Part shown: piece by piece, positions 35,019-38,452 of the stretch
Position numbering within the stretch: the first letter of the stretch is position 1
How the letters are laid out: every line of letters begins with the position of its first letter
Source: a virus
Lineage: Duplodnaviria; Caudoviricetes
IMG/VR virus record: IMGVR_UViG_3300044564_000062
Span: 1 to 38,452 of that record
Length of the DNA: 38,452 nt
Reading direction: 5' to 3' (one strand)
Translations under genes and position numbers: made by a program
Notes under the pieces: model-generated
What the model was told of the DNA's origin: nothing
The model's input: only the letters and a program-made list of their open reading frames with translations
Databases searched by the model: none

Positions 35019-35032
35019 CGAACATATGTTCT
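35019..35032. promoter_or_regulatory. LexA (Cheo-type) SOS box CGAACATATGTTCT
   Basis: Perfect GAAC-N4-GTTC palindrome in an intergenic region. Confidence 0.65.
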
Positions 35033-35143
35033 TATCTGTCATTCACCGGCAATTCCCTTCGGCGAGCGGCATGCACCCAAGGCTACAGAGGGCGTTTTCT
35101 CCGGGTACCTTAGAACATAGTTGTCTTGTGGACGGAGGAATGC

Positions 35144-36109
35144 ATGAGCAAGGTCGACGGAGTGGGCGTTGCGTTCTGCGGTGGTGGCTTTCGCTCGTAC
35201 GCCGAGGTCGCGGTTGTCGAGAATCTAGCCCGCGAGGGAATCACCATTGGCGCCGTTGCTGGAACCTCGATGGGATCGCTTGTCGCGGCCCTTGTGGGGG
35301 CGGGGCTCTCGCCGCAGCGGGTCGCCGAGCTTCTTGTGGAACTTGATCACCGGGTTGTGGAGACGGGCACCCTCAAGAACCTGCGCCTGCGCGTAATCAA
35401 CATGGTGACCTCGAATGGCATTGTGGAGTCCGAGAAGATGCAGGAGCTTGCCCGTGGCGTTCTTGGCGAGGCGGGCATCCATACCTTTGGCGACTTCATC
35501 ATGCCAGTGGCCATGCCGGCCGTAGACATTGTCTCGGGCGAGCTCACCGTGTTCACGAACGACCCGGAGCTCTTCAAGAGTACAGGCGCTGGCTGGACCT
35601 GCATCTCGGGCGATGATCTTGACGTGGCTAGCTGTGCCTGCGCCTCGGCCTCGTATCCCCTGGTCATTGCACCAACCGCCTACAGGGGACACGTCTACAT
35701 GGACGGCGGCTGCCGCATGAACCTCCCCACACCTCTATTCGACCGCAGCTCAGTCGACGCCGTGGTGGGCGTGGGAATGATTCGCCAGCTCGAGCCGCTC
35801 AACGACCTCAAGCCGCTTGCCATTGCACAGAGAACCATGTCGTGCGGCGCAAATCAGCTCGACCGTCTGCACGCTCAGGCCGCCGACATCTACGTCAACC
35901 TGCCAGTCTCGGGCGCAGACGCCTTCCAGGCGGGAACCGGTCAGCAGGTCATCGACGAGGCGCGTGAGATGCTCCGCGCCAATCCGGTTGACTGGAGCCC
36001 CGCGCGTCCCAGCGCCTTCTCGGCCATGCGACGCGCCGCCGTCGACGCCATCGCCAGCATGGTCCGCGGCTGGCAGAGCTCGCAGCAGAACTTCCAGCAG
36101 AACTCCTAG
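35144..36109 (+). CDS. Patatin-like phospholipase
   Basis: GGGFR glycine loop, GTSMG nucleophile motif, ASAS.P, DGG. Confidence 0.92.
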   Translation: MSKVDGVGVAFCGGGFRSYAEVAVVENLAREGITIGAVAGTSMGSLVAALVGAGLSPQRVAELLVELDHRVVETGTLKNLRLRVINMVTSNGIVESEKMQELARGVLGEAGIHTFGDFIMPVAMPAVDIVSGELTVFTNDPELFKSTGAGWTCISGDDLDVASCACASASYPLVIAPTAYRGHVYMDGGCRMNLPTPLFDRSSVDAVVGVGMIRQLEPLNDLKPLAIAQRTMSCGANQLDRLHAQAADIYVNLPVSGADAFQAGTGQQVIDEAREMLRANPVDWSPARPSAFSAMRRAAVDAIASMVRGWQSSQQNFQQNS

Positions 36110-36194
36110 CGCAGCAACGCATTGCAGCACAAGAAAGGGGATGCCGCCACCAGGCGACACCCCCTCAATGAGACAAAGGAAAACTCCCTTTGTC

Positions 36195-37481
36195 TCACGC
36201 CAGCGGCTTGATGACTTCTATGTCGCGCATATAGGGACGCAGAACCTCGGGCACCGTGATGGAGCCGTCGGCGTTCTGGTAGTTCTCCATGATTGCGGCC
36301 ATGGTGCGCCCAACGGCAAGGCCAGAACCGTTGAGGGTGTGGACCAGGCGCGTACCCTTGAACTCCGCGGGGTCCTTGTAGCGGATGTTCGCGCGGCGTG
36401 CCTGGAAGTCCCAGCAGTTGGAGCAGGAGGAGATCTCCTTGTAGTTGTTGTAGCTGGGCAGCCAGACCTCGAGGTCGTAGCACTTGGTGGCCGAGAAGCC
36501 AATGTCACCAGTGCAGAGCGTGACCACGTGGTAGGGCAGGCCAAGGAGCTGCAGGCACCTCTCGGCCTCGGCGACCATGCTCTCGAGCTGGTTCATCGAG
36601 TCCTCAGGCTTGGCAAACTTGACCATCTCGACCTTGTCGAACTCGTGCACGCGGATGATGCCGCGCGTGTCGCGGCCGGCGGAGCCAGCCTCCTCACGGA
36701 AGCACGGCGTGAAGGCGGTGTACCAAAGCGGCAGCTTGTCACCGTCGAGAATCTCGTCCCTGTGGATGTTGGTGAGCATGACCTCAGCCGTAGGGATGAG
36801 GTACATTCCGCCGCTCACGTGATAGAGGTCCTCGTCGAACTTGGGCAGCTGACCCGTGCCAAAGAGGGAGTCATAGTTGGTGATGACGGGCGGCCACCAC
36901 TCGGTGAAGCCGGCCTTCACGTGCGTGTCGATAAAGAAGTTGATGAGAGCGCGCTCCATGAGGGCACCCGCGCCACCAAGCAGGTAGAAGCGCGTGCCGG
37001 CAAGCTTGATGCCACGCTCGAAGTCAATCATGCCGGTGGAGGGGCCAAGGTCCCAGTGCGCCTTGGGCTCGAAGTCGAACTGCGTGGGCTCGCCCCAGCG
37101 ACGGACCTCGGGGTTGTCGGAGTCGTCGACGCCATACGGCACGGACTCATGCGGGATGTTGGGGATGGCCGCGACCAGGTCAAACAGGTCCTTCTCGACC
37201 TTGGTGCGCTTCTCGTTAAGCTCGGCGATGCGGTCCTTGCTGGCCGCGACCTTGGCCTTCGCAGCCTCAGCCTCGTCCTTCTTGCCCTCGCGCATGAGCT
37301 GGCCCACCTGCTTGGAGATGGAGTTGCGGTCTGCCTGAAGCTGCTCAACCTCGGCGATGACCGAGCGACGCTCCTCGTCAAGCTCGAAGAAGCGCTCGCG
37401 ATCCCAATGCGCGTTCTGGCGAGAGGCGCAGGACTTGTCTACGAGGTCTGGATTCTCTCGCACGAACTTAATGTCGAGCAT
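36195..37481 (-). CDS. serS: Serine--tRNA ligase
   Basis: [57 protein letters not shown]. Confidence 0.98.
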   Translation of the reverse strand: MLDIKFVRENPDLVDKSCASRQNAHWDRERFFELDEERRSVIAEVEQLQADRNSISKQVGQLMREGKKDEAEAAKAKVAASKDRIAELNEKRTKVEKDLFDLVAAIPNIPHESVPYGVDDSDNPEVRRWGEPTQFDFEPKAHWDLGPSTGMIDFERGIKLAGTRFYLLGGAGALMERALINFFIDTHVKAGFTEWWPPVITNYDSLFGTGQLPKFDEDLYHVSGGMYLIPTAEVMLTNIHRDEILDGDKLPLWYTAFTPCFREEAGSAGRDTRGIIRVHEFDKVEMVKFAKPEDSMNQLESMVAEAERCLQLLGLPYHVVTLCTGDIGFSATKCYDLEVWLPSYNNYKEISSCSNCWDFQARRANIRYKDPAEFKGTRLVHTLNGSGLAVGRTMAAIMENYQNADGSITVPEVLRPYMRDIEVIKPLA

Positions 37482-37628
37482 GTGTGAACTCCCTTGCGTA
37501 TGTGCGACGATATGCCGCAGCGATGTCCGGCGCGCCAAAGCCGCTACTGCGGCTCGGCGGCGCTCCAAGTATATACTTGTGCGGTATCCGTTGGCCCCTT
37601 GCGGGCCCAAAGCCCGGGAGGCTTACGT

Positions 37629-37826
37629 ATGGACTTCTTCACCTGGCTCTTCAGTGATAGGACCGGCGTGGTGTGCCTGGTGATTGGCGGCATGCTGGTA
37701 TGCCTGCTCATCTCGTTTGTCCTTGAGCGCCGCACGCGCAAGGAATACTACAACCACGAGAAGTCCGACGACGACTGGGACCTCTTTGACGATGACGACG
37801 ATGAGGACGAGGACGCCGACAAGTAA
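37629..37826 (+). CDS. Small membrane protein with acidic tail
   Basis: GGGAGG RBS; single TM helix; Asp-rich C-terminus. Confidence 0.7.
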   Translation: MDFFTWLFSDRTGVVCLVIGGMLVCLLISFVLERRTRKEYYNHEKSDDDWDLFDDDDDEDEDADK

Positions 37827-38102
37827 CCTCATGGGGCTGTAGGGCTGAGAAGAACTGCGGTACCGGTGCGACGAGCGACGGTACCGCTTGTTGTATGTAC
37901 GAAACCCCAGCTCCGACGCCATTTTGCCGCCGGAGGGCAGGTTTTAGCAGCAAGTTTGTACAAAAGGGGCTCTCAGGCGGCAATTTGTCTCCGGAAGGCG
38001 CGTTTTGGCAGCAGGTGCGTACAAAATCCTTGTTCCGGCGGCATTAATTCGCCTGAGTGCGCATTTCCGTGTTGCGCCGTGCGAGAGCCGACCGGGCAAC
38101 TG

Positions 38103-38143
38103 AAAAAAGAGCTCCTCCGCTGGAAACCCAACGGAGGAGCTCT
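38103..38143 (-). terminator. tRNA-Leu terminator
   Basis: AGAGCTCCTCCG/CGGAGGAGCTCT stem with an A6 run on the + strand. Confidence 0.85.
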
Positions 38144-38152
38144 AACATTTCA

Positions 38153-38239
38153 TGGTGCGGGCGAAAGGACTTGAACCTTCATGAGATTGCTCTCATACGG
38201 ACCTGAACCGTACGCGTCTGCCAATTCCGCCACGCCCGC
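38153..38239 (-). tRNA. tRNA-Leu(CAG)
   Basis: GCGGGCG acceptor, TACGG-TTCAGGT-CCGTA anticodon arm, long variable arm, GGTTCAAGTCC, CCA. Confidence 0.96.
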
Positions 38240-38302
38240 GTGCTGGGATATATTACAGCATCCGACCGAAAATGCCAACAGAAGTTTGGCAAAAACGGGT
38301 CT

Positions 38303-38452
38303 TTACTCGCCCATCTCCGCGCGGATCTCGTCGATGATGCGGCGCACCTCGGCGGCGTTCTTGGCGATGTCATCCGCGGAACCCTTGGTGAGCAGGCTCC
38401 CCATGCCGCAGGTGTCAACGCCGGCACGCACCCACTCGGCAAGGTTGTCGAG
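38303..38452 (-). CDS. KDPG/KHG aldolase, C-terminal fragment (truncated by the window edge)
   Basis: LDNLAEWVRAGVDTCGMGSLLTKG...* resembles the Eda C-terminus. Confidence 0.6.
   Translation of the reverse strand, partial: LDNLAEWVRAGVDTCGMGSLLTKGSADDIAKNAAEVRRIIDEIRAEMGE

Noticed and set aside
37830-38100. Intergenic region with the palindrome GCGGTACCG...CGGTACCGC
   Set aside because: Probably a terminator or ordinary host intergenic hairpin; nothing further supportable.

Overview
Bases 1 to about 34330 are the right-hand part of a GC-rich temperate siphovirus prophage, with all genes on the + strand. The order is early/recombination genes (RusA, ParB-like, DUF1351, ERF, SSB), replication (initiator with 12-bp iterons, DnaC-like loader), a C5 DNA methyltransferase, packaging/head, tail and lysis. 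The integrase/repressor end is outside the window. Host genes follow: tRNA-Arg(ACG), patatin, serS, tRNA-Leu(CAG) and a partial KDPG aldolase. The host is probably an actinobacterium of the Coriobacteriia type (inference). Main results: (1) A diversity-generating retroelement (DGR) targets a tail receptor-binding protein. VR 29335-29445 and TR 29562-29672 differ at 12 positions, 11 of them TR adenines. There is no recognisable avd gene, and the reverse transcriptase is frameshifted at a G9 tract, a possible phase-variable ON/OFF switch for hypermutation. (2) The C5 methyltransferase is split at a second G9 tract and contains a nested alternative-frame ORF. (3) A GCGACACCT-anchored motif lies in front of each of four late modules. 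(4) The minor head protein carries a polymorphic toxin domain with a candidate immunity gene. (5) A structured ncRNA candidate follows the endolysin. Family assignments come from motif recognition by eye, not database searches.
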